From positions 71,734,001 to 71,798,000 of the forward strand of contig NC_083225.1 of assembly GCF_032191835.1 (NCBI RefSeq): a stretch of DNA of 64,000 nt, given 5' to 3'. A program made the position numbers and the translations under genes. This document shows positions 11,048-24,429 of the stretch, one piece after another. The notes beneath the pieces were generated by a model, which was given only the letters and a program-made list of their open reading frames with translations, was not told the DNA's origin and made no database searches. The stretch is from Heteronotia binoei (Eukaryota). The stretch's first letter is position 1. Each line of letters opens with the position of its first letter.

Positions 11048-11538
11048 TAGGGTTGCCAACCTCCAGGGGGGGTAGCGAAAGCTGAAGCTCCGTGTACAAA
11101 AACAGTCTCATCACAATACACTCGTTCACTGTATGGTTTATCTAAAGTTGAAATGTTATAATTCTGTCTCTGACAAGTGTCTATTTCATACCCACATCAG
11201 ATACATTTGCATGTGGAACAAGTAATCCTTACAATCCAATTGGTAAAAAACTCTCTTATATTAGAACACAGTTCATTATATGCTTTAACCAGCGTTTCTT
11301 CCATTCTTCATGCAAGTAATTCACAGAATAATCAATCTTCAGTACATTCAAAATACCAATTGCAGCAACAGGTGGAACTGGTATGCAAGTCCTGTTTTGC
11401 TAGCTGTTTTTTTCAAGCTTTGACAAATCAGAGAAAACTTCATAACAAATATCTTTACAAACTGTTTCCTTCCATACACCTCCCCAGACTCCAACCCAAA
11501 ATCTTCAGGAATTTCCCAAAATGAAGCTGGCAAGCCTA
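11048..11538. mobile_element. hAT-type MITE shell with AT-rich internal filler
   Basis: TAGGGTTGCC / GGCAAGCCTA termini. TSD TTAAGTGT / TTAAGTCT. Confidence 0.7.
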
Positions 11539-11947
11539 TTAAGTCTATTCACTCTTGTCTTCCCAAGCATTGCATGAGCATTCCAGCTCTCATGTAATGC
11601 TACATGATATGTTGCCAGGCCTTTAGTGAATGAAGAAAAAACTAAAAATAAAATTCTCTGCAATTATACAGACATGCAGAGAAAGGTGTTGTGCTGCTTG
11701 CCATAAGTGATATCACAAGCCATTGCAAATAGCTATTGATATCACAGAGCACAACCACAACAAAAGTATTGCTAAAAAGCAAAGATGTATTTTTCTGGTG
11801 ACAAAAGGTTCAGTATGAGTATTGCTAAAGTGCAGTTTTTCTGTACTTTAAAAACTCTTGTCTGAGTAAAGATGTGTGATATCCCCATAACAAGAAGCTA
11901 AGGAACAGATAACAGAATCTGGAAGCACAAAAAAACAGAGACTCCTT

Positions 11948-12492
11948 GGCTGAGTCCAGACCAGCAGCTTGGGGTCCATGGGAAGCATTCCGAATCAGGC
12001 CAGCTCAAAATGGAGTGGCAGAAGCCTGTCCACCTGCTCCCCTGCAAAGCCCTCATATCCCATGTGGGACACACTTTGCTGAGGTCAGACAGCTGTCGTG
12101 CACCATCCCCATAGCTTGGTTTGGGTTTATTTTTTCCCCCATTCATTTATTTGTCATGTGCATGTGCACCCATGTGCCTATGCGCTTGGAAGCAATGTTT
12201 TTTTTAAAAAAAAAACTGGAAGTGGCTTGTGGGGAGCCCTGGCAGGTTCACACCACCAATGCACCTCCTTTGTGTGCTCCAGTGTTCAGATGCTAGAAAG
12301 GCAGATGGGATGTGGCGCAAAAATTTGCTACCACTTTGGAAATGGTAGCTTTTTGAGCTGTCTCAGAGATGCCTAAAGATGGGGTGAATACAGGAGTAAG
12401 ATGGGAGGCAGATGTGCTTGTTTAGACTTGATTTTTTGATCCATCTGGGAGCTGTCCCTGTATTGGCTTAAAGTCCTGGTCTGGACCCAGCC
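11948..12492. mobile_element. PIF/Harbinger-like MITE
   Basis: TIR GGCTGAGTCCAGACCAG versus GGCTGGGTCCAGACCAG (16/17). 3-bp TSD CTT. Confidence 0.65.
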
Positions 12493-12822
12493 CTTGTTTC
12501 ACATGCAACAGTCAAACATGGTATAATCAGTTATGCCCTGGGCCTGAACTCATTTGCTTGCCCTCTTTCTTGCACTAGTGTAAATTAATTTCTTATTTTC
12601 TTCTTTCTTGTCCAGTCCATTTTCCACTGTATGCAAATCTGGCAAGCTGTAGTTTACACAAACCACGTTTTTCCTGGAAACTGGAACCACAATGTGGTTT
12701 ACAAATCTGGTATGACCATAGTTTGCAACACAAGAACAAAATATGGTTTGTGAAAAACAGGAAGGGAGGGTGACAATCACAGAGTGCACAGAAGTAAAAA
12801 TAGAATCCAGGCAGGGTACAAA

Positions 12823-12989
12823 NNNNNNNNNNNNNNNNNNNNNNNNNNNNNNNNNNNNNNNNNNNNNNNNNNNNNNNNNNNNNNNNNNNNNNNNNNNNNN
12901 NNNNNNNNNNNNNNNNNNNNNNNNNNNNNNNNNNNNNNNNNNNNNNNNNNNNNNNNNNNNNNNNNNNNNNNNNNNNNNNNNNNNNNNNN
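12823..12989. other. Assembly gap (167 N)
   Basis: Run of N. Confidence 1.
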
Positions 12990-15900
12990 CTAAACATTTA
13001 AACACTTCTAAGTCTTCTGTGGACTTCACTGGACTCAGAAGAGTATAAATCAGTTTAGTATTGCACTGCTAAATAACTGTATATCACAGCTATAAAGTAC
13101 AGGAGAACTAATGTGTCGAATGTTCTGTAGATTCAAAACACTGCACATTTAATCCACTAGATACTCAACCTTGTTGAGTGTGTGGGAACCTTTGGAATTC
13201 TGGGTCTGGGCAGTAGGCACAACCAGAAAATGGCTTGCACAGGAGGAGGAGCCAACTACAAAATGTCAAAGAATAAAGTTATGCATAACTCTAACAGACT
13301 GACATTTCAAGCAGAAGCTCCGCTTAAAAATATTTTTTTGCATATACACAACATTTCTTCAGTCATACAGTGAAGATCCTTGCACTATGGTAGCAGCTGC
13401 TGTTAAAGCAATTTTTTTTAAAAAAAATCTGCACAGCCATTCAGATTCTCCAATGGCCAATCAGAAGCCCTGCTGAGCAAAAGTTCCACCTGGCCCCTTC
13501 TACTTCCTAAAATCAATTGGTAGATGTCTAAGAGGGTATCAGTGGGCCCCATGATTCTAATGTGCACCACACTGGGAACCCCTCCAGAAAATACAACCCT
13601 TTCAGCAGATAGTACAATCACTGCAATTCTGTTCTAAGCAATCTGCTCCTTAGAAGCCAATTGCCAGCACTCAATAATTGGGCCTAGTATTGAAAATTGG
13701 TGGGGAAGGGAGATATAAATAATAGTTATGATTCACTTGTATTATTGTAAAATACCTTGAGCAGTGGGTCATTGGCTTCCCAAGCTTTAAATAACAGACA
13801 TTTGGCAATAAATACACAATGGCTGGCAATAAGTGTCACAAGTAGAAGTTATTCCTGAAGTCCTATAGTCTCAGAGAGAATGGTCCCAAATACTTTATTC
13901 CTTTTTAAAAATAATTCTTTATATTTCTCAGGCTTTGCTGCTGTGAATAAAATCTTTTGATTTATTTTCTTAGTTGCTTGTGTTATAATTAAGCAATAAA
14001 GCCCCAGTGTCGATCTTAAGGATTAAGACTGACTGCGAGTGTTGAGGCAAAGCCAAGAGACATTAACTCCAGCTGGTCATTAATTCCCCATGAGATGCCA
14101 GTGCCAAACTCATCAAGACCATTTCTAATAACCTTCCCTCCCCATCTTCTCTTTTTAATGAAGAAAAAAATTATACCTTTTGGCTGTTGTTCAGCACTGC
14201 AGAGGGCCAGAGTAATTTCTAGAATTATCTACATTATAATCAGTGAAAATATAAAAAGATAATAAATATATGCAGGATACACTGTGTAATTGTGCTGTTA
14301 TTACTGAAGGCTGTCTGTCACCTGCTAGTTCATCCCCTCTCTCTGTAACACCCCCCTCTCCTCCCCCAGCTGAATTGCTATTATGTCATGGAATGCTCAA
14401 CATGGAATGTACATGTTAACTGTAGCAAGGGAATGGTCACAGATGGCACAGACTACATGCTCTGGTCAGTAATGAAGAGCCTCCAAACAACAACACAATA
14501 GCAACCTCTTCACTTTCCAGCTGCAAGGTATGTAGCTTCTTACCACATGAAGCTGTTATACTGTACTTTGCCTTACTCCCTCTCAGCATCCTCAGTGCTT
14601 GGTCTCTGAGGTGATTAAAGTCACATGGTAAGAACTTTTAAATATGACTGGAGATGGAAAAGTAGCCCTAAAGATGTTACCTTCAGTAGCATTCCTGAAA
14701 ATCATAATGTGAACACCAGCTCTTTAGACCCGCCACCAGGAAGCTGCTTAAAATGCCTCCACATGTCAGGGGTTCCATTTAGCTACTGTGAAAGTTGTCT
14801 GTCATATGGATCATCACAGTTTCATTGAATATCTCCATGCCTGGATGAGCTGCCACACAGACATGAAACTAGCATGGACACTCTCAGTACAATCAAAATG
14901 GCCTATACAGGGATTGGATCAAGCATACAGTGTTCCCCTAAACTCTTTTTTGGCATAGAGAGAGCATTTTTGATGGTTTGGTTGTGCTTATATTGAGTAA
15001 TGTGTTAAAAATAACGGATATATTACAGACTGATTATTGCAACTAATGTTTTTCTTTGGAATTATAGCTGTTTTGTACTGCATGATTTACTGTCGTTTGT
15101 GTGTACAGTAGTGGCTGATAAAAACCTTCCCTAAAACCTCTAAATAGAAAACAAAACACAGATGGCATTCAGAATGTAAACCAGCTGGACTGAAAAATCA
15201 GCTCTTGAGGCCCCACCAATCTCATTTCAATGCAAAGCTTCACAGGGAAGAAAAAGGCAGAGGAAATAACTTTTGCAAATTTCTGAAATAATTTTGACAG
15301 TAGTCAAGAAATTACATACACTCATGTGCATGCACACACACACTTTATAGTGAGAAATTTTAGGTCCATTTGTAACCTAAAATTCTGGTGGCTTGTTATC
15401 TTATATGGGCCATATGAAAGCCATGCATGGCTAAGATAGATAGCAAAGTATTTTAAAACCTGCATGGAAATTGCTGAAAAAGAAAATATGGTTGTTGTTT
15501 GAGCGATAAATTTTGAAAATGAGATAATAGCTTGGACTCAGGCAGCTGATGATAAGTTGTGGAAAACCTTTTTACAAATGGCTTTTATAAATATTTATGT
15601 CCTTTTTATCATATTATGTATCTTTATTTCTTTGTTCTTTATCAAGACAAACAGTGGGCCAAAACAGTATCTGCTATGTACAAAGCAAACTATTTCTAGA
15701 TAGATATTTCATTTGAATTTTTTAATATACTCCAGAGAAACGGACATCAGAATCAAGTTTTGCTATACTATACCTTCATTTTTCCTCTAAAAAATTTATC
15801 AGGATAACTTAAAATGTCAGCACAGCCTCATTTATCCCTGGGGGACTATCCAAAACAATAGAGTAATCAAAAGTCCAGATAAATGGAATATTGAATATAT

Positions 15901-17901
15901 AGTACTGCACTGGTGTAAAAATAGGAAATGAAGTTTTACAAAACCAAGTTCCCTTTCATTGGAAAATAAGACATAGAGGGTAGGGAATCCTACTTTGCTT
16001 ATGGCACAATGACACAACAGAGTATGCATCTAGCACATTATTTTAGCATTATTTGTTCATTACCTGCTCTAACAGATAAAAATCCTCAATTACAATGTTA
16101 TGCCTCCAGGCTCTTGTGGTGATGTTAAACATCCAAATCCAGGAAGCCCAATTGAATTCTGAAGGTCAATAGGAGAGAGAAATATCTATGAGTATTACAG
16201 TAGAAACAGCAAAAGCATCCTCCTAACTATATTATATGTTCAGGTAGAAAAGTTGCCTTTTGAGGATTTTGCAAAAACTTACACTGCTGTGAATCGAGAT
16301 CAACTTTTTCAATGTCAGCTAATGTTGAGAGTCAGTGTGGCTGAACAGAAATGTCACACCAAGATTCAGAAGACTCGTGGTTGAAGTTGAAGCTTATTTT
16401 ATTTGGGACATATATCAATCTCTCAGCTTAACCTATCTGACTTAGAAACTGGTTGTCACTATGAGATCCTAAGAGAAAAAGTAGCGTAAAAATGTGATAG
16501 TTTCTACAATTCTCTTCCATACTCAGAAGTATGCCAGATCTTCAAATCAATCTGCTTTTCTGTTCACAATCTACATTTTACCGATCTTAGTTTTTTTTCA
16601 TTTTCTTTTTTAAATTTTTAAATTTTTTTCATTTTCTTTTTTAAATTTTAAAGTAGTGTGAGCAATATACATAACGTATTATATAATATTACCGATATTT
16701 ACAGAGTAATACAAAATAGTTAATAGTTAATCAGTTCACACTTCTTTTGGTTAATAATTACTTTGTTGTTAAGCCCAGAAAATGCTGTTCTCTGAATATG
16801 ACAATATTCAGCTACTTTTCACAGCATGTGTGCATAGTGAAAAGTTTGTTTAAATGTGGTCATCATATATGACAATTTCTTACACAGAAATAATTTCCAC
16901 ATAGGATAACTGTAATATGTGAAGCAGCCCTCATGTGCTTTTGATATCGTTGATTCACCACTAAAAATATGTGGCTTGCTAAAGTGATGAAAAACCATTT
17001 TTGGCAAGTAGTTAATCAAGAAGAAAGGCACTTAGAGCATTTTCATTTCAAAATATAGTTTCTCATACTAAGCCTTTGAAGACAAACCAGCATATATATA
17101 TTTAAAAACTATGGATTTGGGGCTGTCGGGTTTATAAAATCTATCAGAAAATAATTATATGAATGTTTTCTCAAGGTACGAGAGTTACACTTTCACAATA
17201 TCTAAGAAGCTATAAGGGACTATACAGTCTCCATATGCAAGTCATTGGAATGCTGCATTAAGAATTTTGTTTCTTTTTCTGTCACCTTTAACTTTTTGCT
17301 TCTTGCCCATCTTTAGCCATTTTTAAGAGTTTTACTGGTCATCTCTCAAGGCATTTCATATCTTTTGGCTACAGGAATAGTCTTTTGCATTCTTCCTTGA
17401 TAATATCTGGTTTCAACTAGAGATGGACAAAAATCAGTAAAATGCAGCTGGTGTCAATTTGTGGTTTATGGCTAAACCATGAACTGCACCACAAACTCAA
17501 CCAGAAGGTACATTTACATACTGAACTGGTTTGTGGTTCATGGCCCCACAAACCGCATTGAAAGGGACCACAGTTCCTTTAAACAGGTTTTGCAGAAAGT
17601 CTAAAAAACAGCTAAGCAACAGTGAGCAGCCTGTTCCCAGCCACTCAACTATTTTGTGCTGTCTTGTGCAGTTCCTTTAAACTTATATCTTAGCAGTGGG
17701 GAGCTGTTCCCACCACTTAGCTGTTTCAAGCTGTCTTGTGAAGTTTAAAATGACTGCAGAAGACAGTCCAAAAACCAGCTGAATGGCAGGTAGGTGCTCT
17801 CCACCTATCCAGCTGTTTGGGGCTGTCTTGTGCAGTCCCTTTAAAACTTTAAAGAGACTGCAGAACACAACCCAAAGAAACCAGCAGAGTGGTGGAGAGG
17901 G

Positions 17902-18726
17902 TGTAATGATTTGAATTTATATATTTGGGTTCCTTTAATTGTGAGTAAGTTGCAGTAGAGAAAAAGGGGGTGAAAGGGGGAATGAGTGAGTGAGGTGATT
18001 GGTTGGTAACTGAGAGAGTGTGGGTGAAGCTAAAAGTATGTGGAGGGGAGAGAGGGAGGGGTGCATTCACACTACACTAACTAATGTGTTTTACATCCGG
18101 ATTTTTACTGTGTAAGAATAGCAAAAATCTGGATGTAAAACTCATTAGTTAATGTAGTGTGACTGTACTCAGAGAGTATCAGCTGTTAGCTCTCAGCAGA
18201 GTGACAGCAATTAATAGTCAGTCATGGTCTATCAGCAGTCTACAGAGTCTAAGAAGCAAGTCTTCTAATTAAAATTCCATACTAGTGCTGTGAAAGGCAT
18301 TAAGATTCTGGAGAAGAAAAGTAGAATACTTTCGAGGACATATTATGGGCTAGATAGAGAGCCAAAACCTAATATTGTCAGAGTGTCATAGGAGTGTGGG
18401 AGACAGAAGCTGTCAGAAGAGTTAGCAATAGAAAGGAGGATTTGAGAGTGAGGAGTGTGTGACATGAAAGAGTGACACCTCAGTCAGAAGTTATTATTAG
18501 TATTCACTGAAGAATTAAGCTATAAACATCTTGAAGCCAATACACTTATTGTACAAATAAAGTTTTATTTTGTTTTATATTAACCTGGAGTCCTATGATT
18601 TTAAAATATAAGAGTCTTGTCCTCAGGGCCACATAGTCCAACAAAAAAGCCTTAGAGCTCAGGCACAATTCAGTGGGGAACATTAAATAAAGTGTTTGGA
18701 ATTAAACTTCTGGTGGCAGCATTACA
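17902..18726 (+). mobile_element. Probable solo LTR (Gypsy-like)
   Basis: Perfect 7-bp inverted termini TGTAATG...CATTACA. AATAAAG at about 18557 and TGGTGGCAGC near the 3' end. No TSD found. Confidence 0.45.
18059..18170. mobile_element. Hairpin MITE (Harbinger-like) inside the solo LTR
   Basis: Imperfect inverted arms of about 50 bp: GGGTGCATTCACACTACA.TAACTAATG.GTTTTACATCC.GATTTTT. Confidence 0.75.
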
Positions 18727-21700
18727 TACTTTAAGAGAGAAGTTGAGATAGAGATGCCCCCAGCTGCTGAGCTGTTTCTGGCTGGAACTGCACAAGACAA
18801 CCCGAAACAGTTGAACAGCAGGGAGGTCTTACAGAAAAGCATCTGATATAAGCGAGTACCTAATCAGAGGAATCATGAAGCACATTAACAAACTGCCTGC
18901 AATTCAATGAATACTGAAAGAGGTAATCTGTTTGTTTTGCTATGACATTATATAAATTGCCCTTGTAAGTTTTGCTCATACAGCCTGTGCTGTGTCTCAT
19001 TAAGGAGCCATGTCCATTTATGTGTGTATGATCTAAAAAGTTTGATTTCCTATTTTTAAAAGTATGAAGAATTCAACTCTTATTTTCAAGTTTATTTTAT
19101 TTATTATCAGTTGAAAAACAAGAGACTCCATAAAGAGAATGCCAGGGAAAGAACAATTCCAACGTATCATGATAGTCAAGTATCATAAGTATCAGTTAGT
19201 AAAACAAGGAAAGGGACATGTTCAGTCTCAATGAGGCCAACCATGCACCTTTCCCCCAATCAGCCCTCAGTGGCATTGAGTTTGAACAATATAATAGCAG
19301 ACTGTTTTTAATGTTCAAATTTTCTCCCAAATTGCTTTGTCTAGCTCCCTAGACAATTTTACCCAGTTAGATTCAAGCAGCCCTTTTACCCTCAAGACTA
19401 AATAGCTGGCTGCTTTCTACTAAGGAATTCTCAGAAATCTTTTAAATTTGTGAAGAGGATTCAGTAATGTCATTTTTAAAAAATGACTACCTTTTAAAAA
19501 TGCATCTCACTCTGTGTTTATAAAGATATTGTTAAAAATAAGGAAAGCTTTAATCAACATTTGGTTCCACAAATGAATGCTCTCTCTCTCTCTCAAACCT
19601 CTTTTAAGAAATAGAATAAATTAAAAGCAAAGTGACATTATCAAATACATTATTCAGCTATGAGATGTAAAGAGCTCTCGAGGTTCCATAGCTCCTAAAG
19701 TAAAAATAATTGGTTTCCAAAGTGCTTAAGGAAGCAACCACTTACCAATTTATTCATCTGGGAGCATCTGAAGGAGCTGCTCTCCATCTCTGGACATTTA
19801 CAAGGTTAAAAAGGAGTGTCTAGCTTCATTAGCAGACAATGGCATTAAAATCTGAGTGTATTTAGCAAAAAGAACTGAATTCACTGCATATTTTTCCTTA
19901 GCAAGGACAATGAGACTAATTCTACAGTGTGTACAATGCTTCATCTACTACACATTCCACAACCTGCCGAGGCCTATACATGTTACAGATGAAATGTCCA
20001 ACTGTGTGCAGTGGAGCTTATTTCCCAGAATTCATAGGACTTTCCTCCCCCCCTCCCTTTAAGCATTTAATAACAGAACATGGAGCCAAGTTTCAATTAG
20101 CAAAACTAAAGGGTTAAATCTTGTCAGCCCTTTCTACATGGCCCTGATCAGAACTGGGATGCAAAAATTATAAATCTGCTTTTTATATAAGGATAAAGAT
20201 GATCCACATTTTTTCATAACTTCTGTGCCCTAATGTAGCTCTGCGCTTCTCTGCATAATGATGGAGAATGGATACTTAGCATACCTAACATTAACTTGTT
20301 ACTTCACTGGATATCCCTAGATTCTTCTAGAATCATCTGCATCTAAAGTGAAAGTAAAATATGAAGTGACTGGGTATATTTGTTAATCCTTTCTTATATT
20401 TTAAATTAACCTCTTACCAATATAATAGCATTAAAACTAGCTGAAAAGGTGTTGCTATATTTCTTTGGAGCTTTCTCCATAACAGTTGGACCCATCAGTG
20501 AATACCCTGGTCCACTTGCATGTTGCAATCACCAGAGTCAAATGTTCCACATATTGATAATCTATGTCTGAATTGTCAGATCATATTCATTGCTGGTGGA
20601 GGAGAGCCTGTGTATGCCCCATCCCATGCTGTTTGATGGCATCTGTTTTACCCAACCACCATGCCCACCACCTTTAACTAGTTAAAGGCACAATGTTAAA
20701 AGAAAAACAGGTTTCGCAGGTTATTGAAATTGTAACTATTTGTATGTATTTATTTTTATCCTACTTAATTCCAGACCGGTACCAAGGTGACTGTAAGAAA
20801 ATGTCAGACAGGGTACCCTTGTGTTCCTTGTAGTAATGTCACTGGTTCATTATTAGCAGTCTGTCCAGATCTTGTGCATGAGCATTCTTGCACTTCTTAA
20901 TGAGAACTGTAGTGTCTTCTTGTTTAAAAAACATTTAAATAAATTTTGTGCTTCTTGGGGCTTCTTTTACCAATTCCTGGGTTATAACCCACATTGAAAA
21001 CTCTGAAGGACAGAACACATGCTTTCTTCTCTGGTAATCAAGAAGGTTTAATCCACCAACTGATGCACAACAGACTGTAAGCAGTAATGCATACATTACC
21101 AATAGAACACATTTGGCAAGGCGTGACTTGGAATTTCAACTGATCGCCAGACTACCAAGATCAATTCCCCTGGAGGAAAGGCAGCAAAGGAGGGTGGAGT
21201 GTATGACAACACATCCTTGGAAAACTCCTTCCCTGCCCCAAAGTCCATTCTTCACAGGTTCTGCTCACAAATCCTCCCAAATTTTCTAAACCAGAGCTGG
21301 CAATACTATAGAGTTGCCAAGTCCTACCTTGGCTTTGGCAGGGATGGCTTCTGTGGATGATGTACTGTAGAGTTTTTACCCAAATGCTAGAGCATCCCCA
21401 GCACAACATGCCCAGCACAATGGCATCACCTCCAGGTGACATCATCATGCCAGGCACATTGCACAACAATGGGGCTATTTGGGGCAGGGATCCCCCTGGC
21501 AGTCTGTTCTGTGCCGGTGGGTTGGGGGCCCTCAAACTGGGGAAACTTCACCCCCAGTGGGAGCTTGGCAGCCCTACAATCCTACCATGACCTTATAGCA
21601 TAACCAGCTACTGTTCAGGCATAAAGTTGATCAACATAGCACTCCAGTCAACCTTAAAGCAAAGTGAACAAGGAATCACATGTCTGTCAAAGATCTCAGC

Positions 21701-22099
21701 AGTGAGAAACAATTCCAAGGTTGTGAGTAATTTTGCTGGTATATTCTTGTTCTGCCAGTATCATGCTTATTTCTATTTATCTTAGAGCCAAACTAAACTT
21801 TAAAGTGATCATAGGACTTGTGGTCACTAATGCCATTTTAGAGGAAGGTTGGATTAACAATTATGCCAAGTAAGCAATGGTCTATGGGCCCCCACACCTT
21901 TAGGGGCCCCAGGCTGGCTTCCCCCCCCCCCCAGTTTACCCTCTGCTTGCAGCCCTCCCAGCCTGCATGTGCAGCCAGAAACTGAGCCACTCTTTGCTTG
22001 ACTTGCCTGGTGCGGTGCCAAGTTTGCCTCTCTCTGCCTCGTCCTCACAGCTTTGTCAAAGGGGCTTTTGAGAAGATGCCTGCAGGCTACAGCAGGAGC

Positions 22100-22983
22100 C
22101 AAGATGGCAGGGTGGGCGCTGCAGAGGTCCGTAGCCTGGTCAGGATGCAACCTGTCTAGCCTCGTGATCAACTTCCTACCAATCAGTAACTCGGCAGCGC
22201 TTAACTCTGTGACGGGGTTGGGGGTGATTCTGTTATCAAATAGGAAGGCTGCCAGGCGGTGATCCCAATCTCCCTGTACAATGCGACCCAGGGCCTCTTT
22301 AGTGGTGTGCACCATGCACTCTGCTTGGCCGTTGATGGCTGGATGGAAAGGGGAGGACCGAATGTGCTGGATGAAGTACCGATTCAAGAACTCCTGGAAT
22401 TCCCGGGAGGTGAAAGTGGTCCCATTGTCCATGACGAGGGTCTCGGGAATCCCATGAGTGCAAAAGACCCTTTGCAAGGCTCTGACCGCCGCCGCGGTGG
22501 AGGTTGAAGCTACAGGAATCACTTCCAACCACTTGGTGTATGCATCGACTAAGATAAAGAATATTTGGCCCTGGTATGGCCCTGCAAAGTCTAGGTGTAA
22601 CCGGGACCACGGCCTCCTGTTGGACTCCCAGTGGTGGACAGGGGCACTGGGTGGATCAGGTCAGGACTCTTGGCAGGGTTGGCACCTTCGAACCCACCCT
22701 TCTATCTCCTCATCCATCTCCAGCCTCCATACATAGCTACGTACCAGGGCCTTCATGCGCACTATCCCTGGATGTGTTTTGTGTAGGGTTTCCAGCACTT
22801 GCTTCTGCAATGGGGGAGGAACCACCACCCTGCTATCCCAGAGAAGGCACCCCTTGTGCATGGACAGTTCTTCTCTGCGTGATGCGAATGCCCTGAATTC
22901 TGCATCCAGTTTGCCCGCGGGCCACCCTCTTCCCATCCAGTCTAAAACGCATGCGAGGATGCGGTCTCTACCCGTGGCTCTAC
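22100..22983 (-). pseudogene. pol: Gypsy integrase, frameshifted
   Basis: LHKTHPGIVRMKALVRSYVW...CQPC (HHCC zinc finger); VMDNGTTFTSREF and SSPFHPAINGQAE (DDE core). Confidence 0.9.
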
Positions 22984-24429
22984 CTAACTCAGTGGCGTGG
23001 GGGGGCTCTTTGGTAGAGTCTCTATAAGCATTACATGGTGGGTGGGGGCAGGATCCGGGTCCATAGAGGGCAGCGGCAGGCGGCTGAGTGCATCCGCACG
23101 TCCCATAGCTTTGCCGGGGCGGTGGACCAGGGCATATGTGTACGAGTTGAACTGGTTCCACCGCAGGACGCGCTGTGACAGAATTTGCGGTGTCTGGTGG
23201 TCTGGGGCGAGGAGGCCCAGTAGCGGCTTATGGTCCGTGGCAATCATGAAATGCCTACCATACAGGTAGTCGTTGAATTTATGCACACCCACCCCTATTG
23301 CCAAGGCCTCCTTGTCTATCTGGGCATAGTTGCACTCTGCGGGGGTCAGGGTCTTCGAATAATAGGCCACGTGAACTTCCCTCCCGTCCGGGAGTTGGTG
23401 CCCCAGAACGGCGCCCACCCCGTACGGGGAAGCATTGCAAGCCAGAATCACTGGTAAGGATTTGTCAAAATGGTGGAGCACATCATTGGAAACTAGGAGG
23501 TCCTTGACTGCCTGAAAAGCGGCAGCCTGCTTCTTTTCCCAGACCCACGGGGCGTTTTTATCGAGGAGCCTATGAAGGGGTTCTGCGATGACCACTTTAT
23601 GGGGCAAAAATGAATGATAAAAATTTAATAATCCCAAGAAACTTTGTAACTCCATCTTGAACGTGGGGGCCGGGGCGTGGACAATAGCCCTGGTCTTGTC
23701 GGTCGTCTGGTGGATTCCCGTGGCGTCTACTGCAAACCCCAAGAACTCTACCTTTGACACCCCAGGGGAACACTTCTCCCACTTTACTTTAAGTTCCGCC
23801 GCCTGGAAACAGCGGAGTACCTCACGAAGATGGCTGCTGAACTCCTCAGCATCCGGGGCGGTGATCAAAACGTCATCAAAAAATGGTTGCAATCCAGGGA
23901 TCCCTTTGAGAAGAGAATCCATTATGCTCTGAAAAATCCCCGGAGCCACACTAATCCCAAATTGCAACCGCCACACCCGAAAAGCTCCCCTGTGAGTCAC
24001 AATGGTCTGGGCTTCTTCTGTCTCAGTGTCCACCGGGAGTTGCTGGTATGCCTGGGCCAAGTCCAGTTTCCCAAAAACCTTAGAGCCTGCTAGGGCTGCC
24101 AGAACGTGGCTGACCACCAGAACGGGGTATGGGTTGTCCTGAAGTGCCTTATTTATTGTGCACTTGTAATCAGCGCATATGCACACATCTCCATTCGGCT
24201 TCACTGGAGTGACTATGGGTGTTTCTCATGCAACATAGGATACCGGCTCTAGCACTCCCTGGGCCATGAGGCAGCCCAGCTCCGCTTCTATTTTTGGTTT
24301 AAGAGTGAACGGAACTCGCCTGGCCTTCAGCCTTATCGGTTTCTCGTGGGGATCGAGGGGTAAGGTGATGGGAGGCCCCTTGTAGCACCCCAGGGACCCA
24401 TCAAACACTTCCAGGAATTCCCGGCACAC
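22984..24429 (-). pseudogene. pol: Gypsy RT + RNase H
   Basis: 406-aa ORF with ICADYK, KLDLAQAYQQL, LQFGISVAPGIFQ, FFDDVL, ACNASPYGVGAVL and TDHKPL. Confidence 0.95.

Noticed and set aside
12550-13048. Long ORFs spanning 12.5-13.0 kb
   Set aside because: They are artefacts of the N gap.
16591-16652. 31-bp tandem duplication (also a 21-bp one at about 57037-57089)
   Set aside because: Ordinary slippage duplications in low-complexity LINE-tail-like DNA.
20500-20660. Minus-strand EYDLTIQ and VFTDGS resembling RNase H motifs
   Set aside because: The motifs are in different frames with stops and have no supporting context. Probably chance or an unrecognisably old element.
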